DNA of 32,000 bases from assembly GCF_000217815.1 (NCBI RefSeq), contig NC_015707.1:1010014-1042013 (forward strand), in the 5' to 3' direction. Each line of letters begins with the position of its first letter. The stretch's first letter is position 1. Under the pieces are notes generated by a model, which saw nothing but the letters and a program-made list of their open reading frames with translations, did not search any database and was not told the origin of the DNA. Source of the DNA: Pseudothermotoga thermarum DSM 5069 (GTDB lineage: Bacteria; Thermotogota; Thermotogae; Thermotogales; DSM-5069). The position numbers and the translations under genes are program-made. Of the stretch, positions 7,691 to 18,477 are shown one piece after another.

Positions 7691-10456
7691 TCACCTACCT
7701 AAAACTTTTTTCAAAAACTGTCCAGTGTACGATTCTTTAACCATGGCAACTTCCTCCGGTGTTCCAGTTGCAACGACATAACCTCCGGCGTCTCCTCCTT
7801 CAGGTCCAAGATCGATTATGTAATCGGCATTCTTTATGACATCAAGGTTGTGTTCTATCACTATCACCGTGTTACCTTTATCGACAAGCCTGTGCAGCAC
7901 TTCTATCAATTTTCTCACGTCTTCGAAGTGTAAACCAACGGTTGGTTCATCGAGTATGTAGACAGTTTTACCAGTTGCAACCTTTTTAAGTTCCGAAGCA
8001 AGCTTAACTCTTTGCGATTCTCCTCCAGACAATGTCGTAGCAGGTTGTCCAAGTTTTATGTATCCAAGCCCCACTTCATCCAAAAGCTTCAAAGTTCTGT
8101 ACACCTGTGGAACATTCTTGAAAAATTCCAAAGCTTCTTGAACGGACATCTCTAAAACTTCGTAGATGTTTTTACCTTTGTATCGGATCTGCAGGGTTTC
8201 TTCGTTGTATCTTCTTCCTTTGCAGACATCGCATTCAACGTAAACGTCTGGTAGAAACAGCATTTCGATCCTCACTAGTCCGTGTCCCTGGCAGGCTTCA
8301 CACCTTCCACCTTTTAAGTTGAAGCTGAATCTACTTTTGTCGTAACCTCTCGCTTTTGCTTCCGGAGTGAGTGCAAAAAGTTCCCTGATCTCATCGAAGA
8401 CCTTTGTGTAAGTTGCTGGATTGCTTCTTGGGGTTCTACCTATCGGAGATTGATCTATGGCGATGACTTTGTCGACATTTTCTATGCCTTCGATTCTATC
8501 GTGTGCTCCAACCGGCATCTTTGTTTTATAGATGTGGTTAGCCAAGGCGGGATAAAGTGTATCCAAAATCAAGGAAGATTTTCCAGATCCAGAGACTCCG
8601 GTCACACAAACAAAAGTTCCCAGTGGAATTTCCACGGTTATATTTTTAAGGTTGTTGTGCCTTACACCGATGATCCTTAACTTCAACCCGTTTCCTCTTC
8701 TTCTAACCTCAGGGACTGGTATCTTTTTCATCCCGCTCAAATACTGTCCAGTTATCGAACTATTTGGATTTTTTATAAGTTCTTCAACAGGTCCTTGATA
8801 AAGTACTTGTCCTCCTCTTTCTCCCCCGCCTGGTCCTAGGTCCACTATGTAATCTGCACTTCTTATAACTTCCTCATCGTGTTCAACGACTATGACGGTG
8901 TTACCAAGATCTCTGAGTTTTTTCAGAGTATTTATCAACTTGACGTTGTCCCTCTGATGAAGACCTATCGTTGGTTCGTCAAGAACGTATGTAACCCCAG
9001 TCAGTCCTGAACCTATTTGTGTGGCAAGTCTTATCCTTTGTGCTTCCCCACCCGATAAGGTGTTGACTCTCCTTGAAAGGGTCAAATAACCAAGACCAAC
9101 ATCGATCATGAATTGAAGCCTTCTTTTTATCTCTTTGATAAGCTCTCCAGCTATCTTGCTTTCTTTATCGGTAAGCGTTTTTTCCAAGGTTTCGAAAAAT
9201 TCATAAGCTTTTTCTATCGTCATCTCGGTTATTTCGATTATGTTTAGTCCTCTTATTTTAACCGCCAATGCCTCGGCTTTGAGTTTTTTTCCACCACATA
9301 CCTGGCAAGTTCTTTCAACGATGAATTTCCTTTCTATCCATTCCTTGATCTCTTCAGATTCTGTTTCTCTGTACCTTCTTTCAAGGTACGGTACAACTCC
9401 TTCAAAATCTCCATATCCAAAGAGAATTGCTTCTTGAATGTGTTGTGGTAGTTTGTCGAATGGCACATCTGTTTTTCCACCCAAGCGTTGAACCAACCTT
9501 TTCACTTGGTACGAGTAATACCCATCTGCTCCAAACGGTATAATCGCTCCTTCATCAATACTCAGTTTTTCGTTGACAACAAGAAATGGATCTATCTCCA
9601 TTTTAAACCCCAATCCATGGCAGTATGGGCAAGCTCCATAGGGGTTGTTGAAGGAAAACAACTTCGGATTTATCTCGGGCAATCCTATACCACAAACGGG
9701 GCACATCATGTGCTGGCTGAACAGCAAGGATTCTCCGGTATCTGGATTTTTGATTTCCACAAATCCATTGCTTTCCCTAAAGGCAATTTCTATATCATCG
9801 GCTAACCTGTGCCTTTCGTTTTCATCTATGACAAGTCTGTCGACGACCAACTTTATGGTGTGGCGTTTGTTTTTGTCAAGTTCACCAACTTCCTCAAGGC
9901 GAACAACTTCTCCATCAATTTCTGCTCTCACAAAACCTTTTTGTATTAAATTAGTTATCTCCTTTTTGTAGGTACCTTTTTTATCGATTGCTATTGGAGA
10001 AAGAATGTACAACCTGCTTCCAGGGGAAAACTTTGAAAAAACATCAGCGACGATTTGATCGACGTCTTTCTTTTCCACTCTTCTTCCACACTGCGGGCAA
10101 TGGGGTTCTCCTATTCGTGCAAACAAAACACGAAGGTAATCGTATATTTCCGTCGTCGTGCCAACAGTTGATCTAGGGTTGTGTGAAACACTTTTTTGAT
10201 CTATCGCGATGGATGGAGACAAACCTTCGATTGACTCGACATCGGGTTTTTTAAGTTCTCCAAGAAATTGTCTTGCATAAGTTGACAACGATTCAAGGTA
10301 CCTTCTCTGTCCTTCGGCGTAAATCGTATCCATCGCCAGCGACGATTTTCCAGATCCAGATAAACCTGTTATAACGGTTATCTTGTTTTTTGGTATTTCA
10401 ACGCAGACATTTTTGAGATTGTGAACCCGCGCGTTTTTAATTCTGATCGTGTCCAA
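7691..10456 (-). CDS. uvrA: Excinuclease ABC subunit A
   Basis: [17 protein letters not shown]...[11 protein letters not shown], two ABC ATPase modules (second P-loop [10 protein letters not shown]), zinc-finger CxxC pairs, 921 aa. TTG start with GAGGTG 8 nt upstream. Confidence 0.97.
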   Translation of the reverse strand: MDTIRIKNARVHNLKNVCVEIPKNKITVITGLSGSGKSSLAMDTIYAEGQRRYLESLSTYARQFLGELKKPDVESIEGLSPSIAIDQKSVSHNPRSTVGTTTEIYDYLRVLFARIGEPHCPQCGRRVEKKDVDQIVADVFSKFSPGSRLYILSPIAIDKKGTYKKEITNLIQKGFVRAEIDGEVVRLEEVGELDKNKRHTIKLVVDRLVIDENERHRLADDIEIAFRESNGFVEIKNPDTGESLLFSQHMMCPVCGIGLPEINPKLFSFNNPYGACPYCHGLGFKMEIDPFLVVNEKLSIDEGAIIPFGADGYYSYQVKRLVQRLGGKTDVPFDKLPQHIQEAILFGYGDFEGVVPYLERRYRETESEEIKEWIERKFIVERTCQVCGGKKLKAEALAVKIRGLNIIEITEMTIEKAYEFFETLEKTLTDKESKIAGELIKEIKRRLQFMIDVGLGYLTLSRRVNTLSGGEAQRIRLATQIGSGLTGVTYVLDEPTIGLHQRDNVKLINTLKKLRDLGNTVIVVEHDEEVIRSADYIVDLGPGGGERGGQVLYQGPVEELIKNPNSSITGQYLSGMKKIPVPEVRRRGNGLKLRIIGVRHNNLKNITVEIPLGTFVCVTGVSGSGKSSLILDTLYPALANHIYKTKMPVGAHDRIEGIENVDKVIAIDQSPIGRTPRSNPATYTKVFDEIRELFALTPEAKARGYDKSRFSFNLKGGRCEACQGHGLVRIEMLFLPDVYVECDVCKGRRYNEETLQIRYKGKNIYEVLEMSVQEALEFFKNVPQVYRTLKLLDEVGLGYIKLGQPATTLSGGESQRVKLASELKKVATGKTVYILDEPTVGLHFEDVRKLIEVLHRLVDKGNTVIVIEHNLDVIKNADYIIDLGPEGGDAGGYVVATGTPEEVAMVKESYTGQFLKKVLGR

Positions 10457-10494
10457 GGCTGGTACACCTCTTTTTCGGGTTGAACACTTTGAAG

Positions 10495-10519
10495 AAAAAA
10501 GCCCCGCAATATACGGGGC
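10495..10519 (-). terminator. Intrinsic (potentially bidirectional) terminator after the tRNA cluster
   Basis: GCCCCG-caatata-CGGGGC at 10501-10519, flanked by A6 (10495-10500) and T5 (10520-10524). On the minus strand it directly follows tRNA-Gly and is followed by UUUUUU. Confidence 0.75.
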
Positions 10520-10523
10520 TTTT

Positions 10524-10598
10524 TGGAGCGGGCGACGGGCTTCGAACCCGCGACCTTCTGCTTGGCAAGCAGACGCTCTACCGCTGAGCTACGCCCGC
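10524..10598 (-). tRNA. tRNA-Gly (anticodon GCC), CCA encoded
   Basis: The reverse complement GCGGGCGTAGCTCAGCGGTAGAGCGTCTGCTTGCCAAGCAGAAGGTCGCGGGTTCGAAGCCCGTCGCCCGCTCCA folds as a cloverleaf. Anticodon loop UUGCCAA. Confidence 0.95.
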
Positions 10599-10603
10599 AT
10601 CTT

Positions 10604-10691
10604 TGGTGCGAGAGGTGGGACTTGAACCCACACGGACTCATCGTCCACTGGATTCTAAGTCCAGCGCGTCTGCCAGTTCCGCCACTCTCGC
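10604..10691 (-). tRNA. tRNA-Leu (anticodon UAG), long variable arm, CCA encoded
   Basis: The reverse complement GCGAGAGTGGCGGAACTGGCAGACGCGCTGGACTTAGAATCCAGTGGACGATGAGTCCGTGTGGGTTCAAGTCCCACCTCTCGCACCA. Anticodon loop CUUAGAA. Confidence 0.95.
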
Positions 10692-10693
10692 GC

Positions 10694-10769
10694 TGGTGAC
10701 CCGCCTGGGACTCGAACCCAGGACCCCCTGATTAAAAGTCAGGTGCTCTGCCTGCTGAGCTAGCGGGTC
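10694..10769 (-). tRNA. tRNA-Lys (anticodon UUU), CCA encoded
   Basis: The reverse complement GACCCGCTAGCTCAGCAGGCAGAGCACCTGACTTTTAATCAGGGGGTCCTGGGTTCGAGTCCCAGGCGGGTCACCA. Anticodon loop CUUUUAA. Confidence 0.95.
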
Positions 10770-10794
10770 CACCCGAGAGTGACATTGCATCATG

Positions 10795-10823
10795 ATGATA
10801 CCATATGACGTAGTACTTTTCAA
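10795..10823 (-). promoter_or_regulatory. Sigma70-like promoter of the tRNA Lys-Leu-Gly operon
   Basis: The minus strand reads TTGAAA (10818-10823), 17-nt spacer, TGgTATCAT extended -10 (10795-10803). The predicted start lies about 20 nt upstream of the tRNA-Lys 5' end. Confidence 0.55.
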
Positions 10824-10883
10824 GTATCCATTGTGGATCTTCATAAGTATTTTTAGAAGTCTTCAAATTTTTTCAAACTTCAC

Positions 10884-13800
10884 TCAAGTTTTGTTTTCGA
10901 AGACCTTTTGGAGAAAATCTCTGTAAAATTCGCTCAAGAAGCTTTGATAATCCGCATTCCCAGCTTCAATTTCATCCAGAACATCTTCCATTTTCCTTGT
11001 AAGACTTTCGTCGGTGAGTTGTGGATAATTTGTCCGTAGCCAATGATAAACTTTGTACCCAAGCGGTGTGGCGTACAAATAACCATTTCTTTCTTCAACG
11101 TATTTGCGATCGAGCAACGTTTGAACAATTGTTGCATAGGTTGAAGGACGGCCAAGTCCCCGCTCGCGCATCTGTTGAACAAGTGAACCTTGAGTGAAGG
11201 GCAATTCTTTTGCCACCAATCTCAAGGTTGTCCAAACTACTTTCAGTGGTGGTTTCAAATCGAAAACTTTGGCTGGCAATATCGTTCTAAAACCTGGTTC
11301 GATGATTTTTGTCGTCAAAGTCCATTCGTATGACCAATCTGGAAGCTTAATCGTCAACTTTGATTTTTGAACAACCGCTGGTGCAGATTGCGATGCAAGG
11401 AATCTGTTTAGTATCCTGCCGTAAAGTTGCAACGCGAGGTTTTGATTTTCAAATTTCACTCTTCCGGTGTGAATCCAAAGTTTCAAGTCATCAACGTTCA
11501 AAAGTTTTGTCGGTCGAATGCACTCGTGTGCACCTTCAGTACCGTACGTTCTCGGATGAAAGATTTGATGCAACCCCATTTGTTTTAGAAATTCCTCGGC
11601 AAGTTTGATGCCAGTTTGTGAAACCCGTGTACTTGTTGTTCTGTGATAGGTGATCAACCCTTGTTCAAACAGTTCTTGAAGTGTGTTCATTATGTCCACC
11701 GCTGAAGCAAAAGCTCCCATCTCCGAGAGAAGTGAAGCCGTGTTGTATGGAGCAGGAGGATTTTCCGTTTCTTGCCCGACATCTTCCAAGGTAACCTGTG
11801 CTTGTTGAAGCATCGAAACTAGTTGTTTTGCAAAATTTATATCTTCGTGCTCATAGATCAAAGCAGCAGTCTTACCTTCCAAAATGGACTTAACACTTAT
11901 CTGCAACTTTGCTTTTTTTTGTCGTGCAGAGTTTGTTCGATCTATAACCCATCCAAGAACAGGTGTTTGAACCCGACCAGCGGAAAGGTTGTATTTTTTG
12001 AAAGCCTTCCAAAGTTCTTGTGAAAGGTAAAATCCAACCCATCGATCCAGTATGCGCCTTGTAATTTGAGCTTTAACCAGATCTTTGCTCAACTCGCGAG
12101 GAGAATTGAGTGCCTTCAAAAATGCTTGCCTTGTTACTTCGTGAAACTCTGCTCTCACGATGTTTGAATTGAAAGGTTTAAGGGCAACCATCAAATCGTA
12201 GCCAATCTTTTCTCCCTCCATATCGGGGTCCGTTGCAATGATTATTTCATCGAATTGCGGTGCAACTTGTTGTAGAGCTTTTATCAAAGTCAATTTATCT
12301 TTATCTGGTTGTTTTCCACAGCTGCAAATTTCAGAAGTCGTTTGCTGACCGCACTTTGAGCAAGTTTTTATCGTGCTGTAGATTGGGACAAAGTGACCGT
12401 TCGCTTTTGATACACCGTAGATTTCTTCTCTTTCAATCAAATCTACGGTATGTCCTATGGAAGCTGTTATGGACAAAAGTCGATCCCCTGTGAGTATTTC
12501 CCAAAAGTGTAAACCGTTCAATATACGTTGTTGAGGAACGCCAAAGAAATGTGAAATGGTACGGGCTTTGTTGGGTGATTCAACGATGACAAGAGTACTT
12601 TTTAACGAAAGTTGTTCTGAAGGTTTGAACTGCTTTTTTATTTCGCGAATTTTCTTTCTATCGGCATCGACGTTTTTTAATTCCTCTTCCCAATTCACCT
12701 GATCAGCCGATAAGAAATCAACTTCTTCGTAGAAAAGTCTAAGTCTTTGAACAAGGCTATGAAAAGCTTTCTTATCCCAAACCAGAATAAGGCTTATACC
12801 ACGCGATATCCCGCCGGGATAAAGTCTTGACGTTCTTCCAGAAGCTTGAAGGTAGTTAGCCGCATCACCAAAGGTTATAAACAGTTTTCCTTCCTTGCGT
12901 TGCAATCCAATTGTTTCAGCTTTTTCCAATTTTTCGACAATACTTTCATCGTTCAAATTTTTTCTCAGATATTCTGCTATCTCCAACAACGGTTTTGGAA
13001 GTTGTTTTTCAAATTTAAAAACCTGATACCTTCTAAGTCTTTCGAGATACAAATCTATTTTTGATTTATCCTCAACAACCTCCCTTAAAGCCAAAAGCAA
13101 CGGAACAAAATTGCGCGGATTGTCGAATTGCTCAATGGCAAAGCTTATCTTAGGTGAATCTATAAAAATCGCATAGCGGATTACCTCAGGCAAATCCACA
13201 CCTCGAACCAATGCGTTGTTGTAGGTTGCAATTCCTACTGCTACGTCAATCAAACCGTTGCGCATGGATTCCAAATCCAATTCTTCGTAGGAAGAGACAT
13301 TTATACCCTGTTGCTTCAGAAAATCAACGACAGTTGTAACGCCATCTTTTCCCATCTCCCGGTTTACAAATACCAAGCCACCTTTACCAAAGAATCTAAT
13401 CCAATCTGCAAGTCTGTAAAGTGCTTGTTGTGGCCCATCAACCCATTCTACGGCATCACAAACATTTCGAATAGTCAATTTGACAGGAGTAACGTTAAAA
13501 CCGAGCAAAGATTTGAACAATTTCACACGTTGGGTTTTCGGTTTCAAAGTGGCGGAGGATACAACTAAGATACCTTTTCCTTTGGTTTGCAAAACGTTTT
13601 CTTCGTTAAATTCATCTTCTTGTGACGATTCTTCCAGAATATTTTCTTCCTCTTCCTCCATGGTTTCTTCTTCTTTTTCTTCCAAAAGTTTTCCAGAGAC
13701 TTTTTGCCAAGCCTGTGAGATTTCTTCATCCGTAAAGCCAAGTAACTTTAGGACTCTATCTATGTTTTTTCCAGACTTCAAAAGTGAATCCACATCGTCA

Positions 13801-14372
13801 ACGAAGATAAAACTAAATCGCTGATCTTGAACTAGTTCAAAGTTGGTTGCCAAAAACATGTTTGTCGTTACAAGTATTTCGTAATCTCCAGCCTCGATAG
13901 TTTTTCTTTCGCTTGTTTTACCCGTATAAGCAACCACTTTCTTTGCTTTGAAGGTTTTACAACGTTCGGCAACCTGTTCAACCAGTAATCTTGTTGGAAG
14001 CAGAATGTAAGCTTTGCCTGGCAAAAAGTTTGCCATGGCTATCCCAAAGGTGGTTTTGCCAACACCAGTTGGAGCGATCAGAGTAAAACTTTCTCCTGAA
14101 AGAACCCGCTTAGCCCACAACCTCTGCAAAGCCCACGGTTCGAAACCAAGATTTTTGGTGAAGAAATCACAAAACTGCCTTTCCAAGGATTTCAAGCAGC
14201 AAACCCACGAGTAATTTTTCAATTCGCTTTTTCTTGCAAGAATTTCGCATAATTCTGTTTCTGAAATTTCATCTGGAATGCATTTGCTACAGGCTAATCC
14301 TTTTTCCAAACGTTCAGCCTCGATTTCTCCGCCGCAATTTGGACAAAACTCTTTATAAATCGCCAAAGGCAT
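10884..14372 (-). CDS. rgy: Reverse gyrase (helicase-like domain fused to type IA topoisomerase)
   Basis: N-terminal zinc finger CPNCGG...CSKC. Helicase motifs APTGVGKTT, VDDVD, QASGRTSR. Toprim IVESPNKA and ATDPDMEGE. Topo IA active site GLITYHRTTS. 1162 aa. Confidence 0.97.
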   Translation of the reverse strand: MPLAIYKEFCPNCGGEIEAERLEKGLACSKCIPDEISETELCEILARKSELKNYSWVCCLKSLERQFCDFFTKNLGFEPWALQRLWAKRVLSGESFTLIAPTGVGKTTFGIAMANFLPGKAYILLPTRLLVEQVAERCKTFKAKKVVAYTGKTSERKTIEAGDYEILVTTNMFLATNFELVQDQRFSFIFVDDVDSLLKSGKNIDRVLKLLGFTDEEISQAWQKVSGKLLEEKEEETMEEEEENILEESSQEDEFNEENVLQTKGKGILVVSSATLKPKTQRVKLFKSLLGFNVTPVKLTIRNVCDAVEWVDGPQQALYRLADWIRFFGKGGLVFVNREMGKDGVTTVVDFLKQQGINVSSYEELDLESMRNGLIDVAVGIATYNNALVRGVDLPEVIRYAIFIDSPKISFAIEQFDNPRNFVPLLLALREVVEDKSKIDLYLERLRRYQVFKFEKQLPKPLLEIAEYLRKNLNDESIVEKLEKAETIGLQRKEGKLFITFGDAANYLQASGRTSRLYPGGISRGISLILVWDKKAFHSLVQRLRLFYEEVDFLSADQVNWEEELKNVDADRKKIREIKKQFKPSEQLSLKSTLVIVESPNKARTISHFFGVPQQRILNGLHFWEILTGDRLLSITASIGHTVDLIEREEIYGVSKANGHFVPIYSTIKTCSKCGQQTTSEICSCGKQPDKDKLTLIKALQQVAPQFDEIIIATDPDMEGEKIGYDLMVALKPFNSNIVRAEFHEVTRQAFLKALNSPRELSKDLVKAQITRRILDRWVGFYLSQELWKAFKKYNLSAGRVQTPVLGWVIDRTNSARQKKAKLQISVKSILEGKTAALIYEHEDINFAKQLVSMLQQAQVTLEDVGQETENPPAPYNTASLLSEMGAFASAVDIMNTLQELFEQGLITYHRTTSTRVSQTGIKLAEEFLKQMGLHQIFHPRTYGTEGAHECIRPTKLLNVDDLKLWIHTGRVKFENQNLALQLYGRILNRFLASQSAPAVVQKSKLTIKLPDWSYEWTLTTKIIEPGFRTILPAKVFDLKPPLKVVWTTLRLVAKELPFTQGSLVQQMRERGLGRPSTYATIVQTLLDRKYVEERNGYLYATPLGYKVYHWLRTNYPQLTDESLTRKMEDVLDEIEAGNADYQSFLSEFYRDFLQKVFENKT

Positions 14373-14437
14373 AGAACCACCCTTTGTTTTGAAAGTGGTT
14401 AACTCCTTTCATTCGAATGTTATCACAAAAATTTGAA

Positions 14438-14446
14438 TGATATAAT
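14438..14446 (+). promoter_or_regulatory. Extended -10 promoter element (TGaTATAAT) for the cupin gene
   Basis: TG at 14438-14439 and TATAAT at 14441-14446. The -35 is weak (TGTTAT at 14418-14423). SD AAGGAGGT follows at 14476-14483. Confidence 0.4.
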
Positions 14447-14489
14447 CTTTCCGAACTGAAAACACATTTTTCGCAAAGGAGGTATTTAA

Positions 14490-14756
14490 ATGGTCAAAAT
14501 TGAAAGACCGACACAAGAACAACTTCGTCAGCTTGGCGTCAAAAACTGGCCGATATGGTCAAAAGAAGTATCCGTCTTCGATTGGTATTACAATGAAACT
14601 GAAATTTGCTACATCTTAGAAGGAGAAGTGGAAGTTACAACGGAAGATGGAAAAGTTTACCACATAAAACCTGGTGACTTAGTCACCTTTCAAAAGGGAT
14701 TAAAATGTGTTTGGAATGTGAAAAAACCTGTGCGCAAACACTACAATTTTCTATAA
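14490..14756 (+). CDS. Small cupin-fold protein (DUF861 / cupin_3 family)
   Basis: 88 aa. ...WYYNETEICYILEGEVEVTTEDGKVYHIKPGDLVTFQKGLKCVWNVKKPVRKHY matches the family pattern as I remember it. Strong SD. Confidence 0.75.
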   Translation: MVKIERPTQEQLRQLGVKNWPIWSKEVSVFDWYYNETEICYILEGEVEVTTEDGKVYHIKPGDLVTFQKGLKCVWNVKKPVRKHYNFL

Positions 14757-14762
14757 TAAAGC

Positions 14763-15866
14763 TCATAGTTTAACTTCGGCGAAATAGAACAACTCGGCTT
14801 CGATGAACAAATCTATTTCTCCATCCAAAACGGCTTCAGCGTCTCCCGTTTCCACTTCTGTTCTGTGATCTTTGACTAGCTTGTACGGATGGAGAATGTA
14901 AGATCTTATTTGGTTACCCCAAGCAATTTCTTTCAATTCTCCTTGAAGTTCCTCTATTTTCTCTTTCCTTTTGAGCATCTCGAGCTGATACAACCTTGCT
15001 TTGAGCATTTTCAAAGCTTGTGCTTTATTTTGATGCTGTGATCTTTCGCTTTGGCAGCTAACCACAATTCCAGTTGGAATATGTGTGATCCTTACCGCCG
15101 AATCTGTTTTATTCACATATTGTCCTCCATGTCCTGATGCTCTGAAAGTTTCTATCTTTAAATCTTCAGGTCTTATTTCAATTTCAATGTCGTCTGACAA
15201 TTCTGGGATAACGTTCACCGAAGCAAAGGATGTATGTCTTCTTCCAGCAGCATCAAATGGTGAAATTCTGACCAATCTGTGCACGCCTCTTTCGTGTTTC
15301 AAGTATCCATAAGCATATTCACCTTTTATAAGCAATGTAGCGCTTTTAACACCGGCTTCTTCGCCGGGTTGAAAATCAACCAATTCGACTTCAAACCCTT
15401 TCTTTTCAGCCCACCTCATGTACATTCTAAGCAACATCTGTGCCCAATCGTGTGATTCTGTGCCTCCTGCACCTGGGTGAACGGAAAGATATGCGTTGTT
15501 TTGGTCCATAGGATCGTTCAAAATCAAATCCAATTGGAACTGCTTTACAATTTTTTCAAGGTTTGTAACTCTTCTTTCCACATCTTGGACGAATTCAGGA
15601 TCCTCATCGGAAAGCTCTAATCCTATTTCTATTTCCTCAAGGATTCGGTCTATTTTCGTTACATCTTCCAAAAGCTTTTTGGCACGTCTTAATTTTTTTC
15701 CGATTTCGCTGGCACTTTTTTGATCGTTCCAAATATCAGGACTAGCCAACTTTGATTCCATTTGTTGAATTTCCATTTGAAGCTTTTCCGGTTCAACAAG
15801 TTGTTTTAAGTTTTTGGCTTTTGTTTTCAGTTCTTCTATTTTCACCTTGGTTTCGTAGGCTATCAT
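14763..15866 (-). CDS. prfB: Peptide chain release factor 2 (single uninterrupted frame)
   Basis: SPF tripeptide (RISPFDAAGRRHTSF) specifies RF2. GGQ motif (SGHGGQYVNK). 367 aa. SD GAGGTGA overlaps the secA stop. Confidence 0.95.
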   Translation of the reverse strand: MIAYETKVKIEELKTKAKNLKQLVEPEKLQMEIQQMESKLASPDIWNDQKSASEIGKKLRRAKKLLEDVTKIDRILEEIEIGLELSDEDPEFVQDVERRVTNLEKIVKQFQLDLILNDPMDQNNAYLSVHPGAGGTESHDWAQMLLRMYMRWAEKKGFEVELVDFQPGEEAGVKSATLLIKGEYAYGYLKHERGVHRLVRISPFDAAGRRHTSFASVNVIPELSDDIEIEIRPEDLKIETFRASGHGGQYVNKTDSAVRITHIPTGIVVSCQSERSQHQNKAQALKMLKARLYQLEMLKRKEKIEELQGELKEIAWGNQIRSYILHPYKLVKDHRTEVETGDAEAVLDGEIDLFIEAELFYFAEVKL

Positions 15867-15875
15867 AACTTCGAC

Positions 15876-18476
15876 TCACCTCTTTACCTTGAATCGCTTT
15901 TTTATTTTTCCATCCTTTTGTAACTTTCTTCGTTCTGCTCTGTTTAAAATGTCGAACTCTTCATGTATCAATTGCAAATTGGCAAGTTCTCTCTTTGCTT
16001 CTTTTTCGCTTTTTTCTCTGTCCACTTTAACCACTCTGAACATCCACGTGACAATCAGCTCGTTTATCCTATCCATCATTTCGTCGTACATTTGGTAAGT
16101 TTCCCGCTTGAACTCGATTATAGGGTCTTTATGTCCATAAGCTCTCAAGTTCACAGCTTCCTTTACGTGTTCAACTTCTTCAAGATATTGCCGCCAGTTG
16201 TCATCTATTATTCTAACCATGAGAAACTTCATGAATTTGACGTAGTCAGCCCCTATTTCTTCTTTCTTTCTAACGTAAGCCTTTTTTAGTTGCTCAATTA
16301 GGTTTTGTTTGATCTCCTCGACATCCATTTGTTTGATCGAATCTAGTTGCAGCACTCCCTTTGGCAAAATCCTTAAGGAATTTTCGAAAGCCTCAAAGTT
16401 GAGTTGTTTGCCTTCTGAGAACTGCGAGATACGAGTATCTATAAAGCCTTCAAAGATTTGCGATACGTATTCATCCAATTCTTTTTCGTCACATCCAAGT
16501 ATGTGATCTCTTAGAGAATATATTGATTTTCTTTGTGCATCTAAGACTGTGTCCATTTCCATCAACTGTTTTCTTATGGCAAAGTTGATTCCTTCAACCT
16601 TCTTCTGGACAGTTTGAACCAGTTTTGTCAACATCGGGTGGTATATGGGCTCACCAGGTTGTATTTTCAGAAGATTCATAATTTTTTCCAGCTGTTCTGC
16701 ACCGAAAATCCTTAAAAGATCATCTTCAAGCGATAGGTAAAACCTTGATTCTCCCGGATCGCCTTGTCTTCCAGATCTTCCGATCAATTGGTTGTCGATT
16801 CTTCTGCTTTCGTGACGTTCTGTTCCTATAACGTACAAGCCACCTAGTTCTGCAACTCCTTCGCCAAGTTTTATATCAGTACCTCTACCAGCCATGTTTG
16901 TTGCGATGGTTACAGCGCCTTTTTGGCCAGCTTGAGCTATGATCATTGCCTCTTTTTCATGGTGTTTTGCGTTCAAAACTTGGTGGGGTATACCGGCTTT
17001 TCGAAGCATTTCGCTTAAAAGCTCACTTTTCTCTATGGAAGTAGTACCAATCAAAACAGGTTGTCCTTTTTTGTACCTTTCCAAGACATCTTTAACGATG
17101 GCTTGGTATTTTTCTGCTTGAGTTCGAAAGATCAGATCCTCATGATCTTTTCTTATCATCGGTTTGTGAGTTGGGATGACCACAACTTCCATGCCGTAGA
17201 GTTGTTTGAATTCTTCTTCTTCAGTTTTCGCTGTTCCCGTCATACCTGCGAGTTTTTCGTACATCTTAAAGTAATTCTGGAAAGTTATCGTGGCATAAGT
17301 TATCGTTTCTTCCCTGATTGGTACCCCTTCCTTTGCTTCAATTGCTTGGTGCAGTCCTCCACTGTAGCGTCTGCCTGGTAAAAGCCTTCCAGTGAATTCG
17401 TCGACTATTATCACTTGCTGATTCATAACCACATAGTCGACATCGCGTTTGAACAAGTGCAAAGCCTTTAAAGCGTTCAAAAGATGGTAAAGCTGTTTGA
17501 CGTTGTTTGGATCGTAAAGATTTTCCACACCAATCAGTTTTTCCGCTTTTTCAATACCCTTTTCGGTCAAAGATACGGTCCTGGTTTTTTCGTCAACGAC
17601 AAAATCTTCGTCTTTGACAAAGCGCTTCGCCAGAGCCGCGAATCGTTTGTAAACCGCAGCTCCTTCTTTGGCTGGTCCTGAAATGATCAAAGGTGTTCTG
17701 GCTTCGTCTATGAGAATGCTGTCGACCTCGTCTATTATCGCGTAGAAATGTCCTCGCTGAACTTTTTCGCTTAAATCCAACACAAGGTTATCCCTAAGAT
17801 AATCAAATCCAAATTCGTTGTTGGTACCATAAACTATATCGCACAAATATGCTTCTTTCCTTGTTATCTCCACTAACTCCACCGCGAAAGCCTCTAGTGC
17901 CTCTTGATTTTTCGTAGAATCTTTCAGAACCTCGTCTTCATAACCTTCTGGCCAGACGGACAGATTTCTTTCTACAGCTTGCTCAAAAAGTGATTTGTTC
18001 TTCCAAACCACCTCGTAAGATTTTCCAAGTTGGTTTATCACGGAAACTCTCATGCCCAAAAACAGATAAATTGGACCCATCCAAAGTGCATCTCGTCTTG
18101 CAAGGTAATCGTTGACGGTCACAAGATGTACACCTTTTTTTGTAAGCGCATTGAGAAAAAGCGGCATCGTCGCAACGAGTGTTTTTCCTTCGCCTGTTTT
18201 CATTTCAGCTATCTTGCCTTCGTGGAGCACTATTGCCCCAAGAAGTTGCTCGTCAAACGGATACAAACCGATGGTTCTTTTGGCAACGATTCGGCAAATT
18301 GCGTAAGCTTCGTAAAGAGTCGCCGGATCGTTTGGGTCGGATAAATTCTTAGCAGCGTTTATCAACTCAAGATTTGTGGCTTTTGAATATATCTTCTCTT
18401 TTTCTTTTATCTTTTGCACCATTTTCCAATACCTTTTCAAAAGAAAGGTATTTTTATCGAAAAGTTTCAAGGGCAT
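15876..18476 (-). CDS. secA: Preprotein translocase ATPase SecA
   Basis: [11 protein letters not shown] Walker [33 protein letters not shown]. 866 aa. No C-terminal zinc-binding tail. Confidence 0.97.
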   Translation of the reverse strand: MPLKLFDKNTFLLKRYWKMVQKIKEKEKIYSKATNLELINAAKNLSDPNDPATLYEAYAICRIVAKRTIGLYPFDEQLLGAIVLHEGKIAEMKTGEGKTLVATMPLFLNALTKKGVHLVTVNDYLARRDALWMGPIYLFLGMRVSVINQLGKSYEVVWKNKSLFEQAVERNLSVWPEGYEDEVLKDSTKNQEALEAFAVELVEITRKEAYLCDIVYGTNNEFGFDYLRDNLVLDLSEKVQRGHFYAIIDEVDSILIDEARTPLIISGPAKEGAAVYKRFAALAKRFVKDEDFVVDEKTRTVSLTEKGIEKAEKLIGVENLYDPNNVKQLYHLLNALKALHLFKRDVDYVVMNQQVIIVDEFTGRLLPGRRYSGGLHQAIEAKEGVPIREETITYATITFQNYFKMYEKLAGMTGTAKTEEEEFKQLYGMEVVVIPTHKPMIRKDHEDLIFRTQAEKYQAIVKDVLERYKKGQPVLIGTTSIEKSELLSEMLRKAGIPHQVLNAKHHEKEAMIIAQAGQKGAVTIATNMAGRGTDIKLGEGVAELGGLYVIGTERHESRRIDNQLIGRSGRQGDPGESRFYLSLEDDLLRIFGAEQLEKIMNLLKIQPGEPIYHPMLTKLVQTVQKKVEGINFAIRKQLMEMDTVLDAQRKSIYSLRDHILGCDEKELDEYVSQIFEGFIDTRISQFSEGKQLNFEAFENSLRILPKGVLQLDSIKQMDVEEIKQNLIEQLKKAYVRKKEEIGADYVKFMKFLMVRIIDDNWRQYLEEVEHVKEAVNLRAYGHKDPIIEFKRETYQMYDEMMDRINELIVTWMFRVVKVDREKSEKEAKRELANLQLIHEEFDILNRAERRKLQKDGKIKKRFKVKR

Positions 18477-18477
18477 G

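Noticed and set aside
10378-10844. Two minus-strand ORFs (87 aa and 68 aa) spanning the uvrA-rgy gap.
   Set aside because: They are read through the three tRNA genes and the terminator. They are artefacts of GC-rich RNA genes.
14763-15866. I looked for the programmed +1 frameshift (CUU UGA C) common in bacterial prfB.
   Set aside because: The whole RF2, including the N-terminal ~25 residues (…AKNLKQLVEPEKLQ…), is in one frame. The corresponding site reads CTT GTT GAA, so no frameshift is present. A minority of bacteria lack it, so this is not anomalous.
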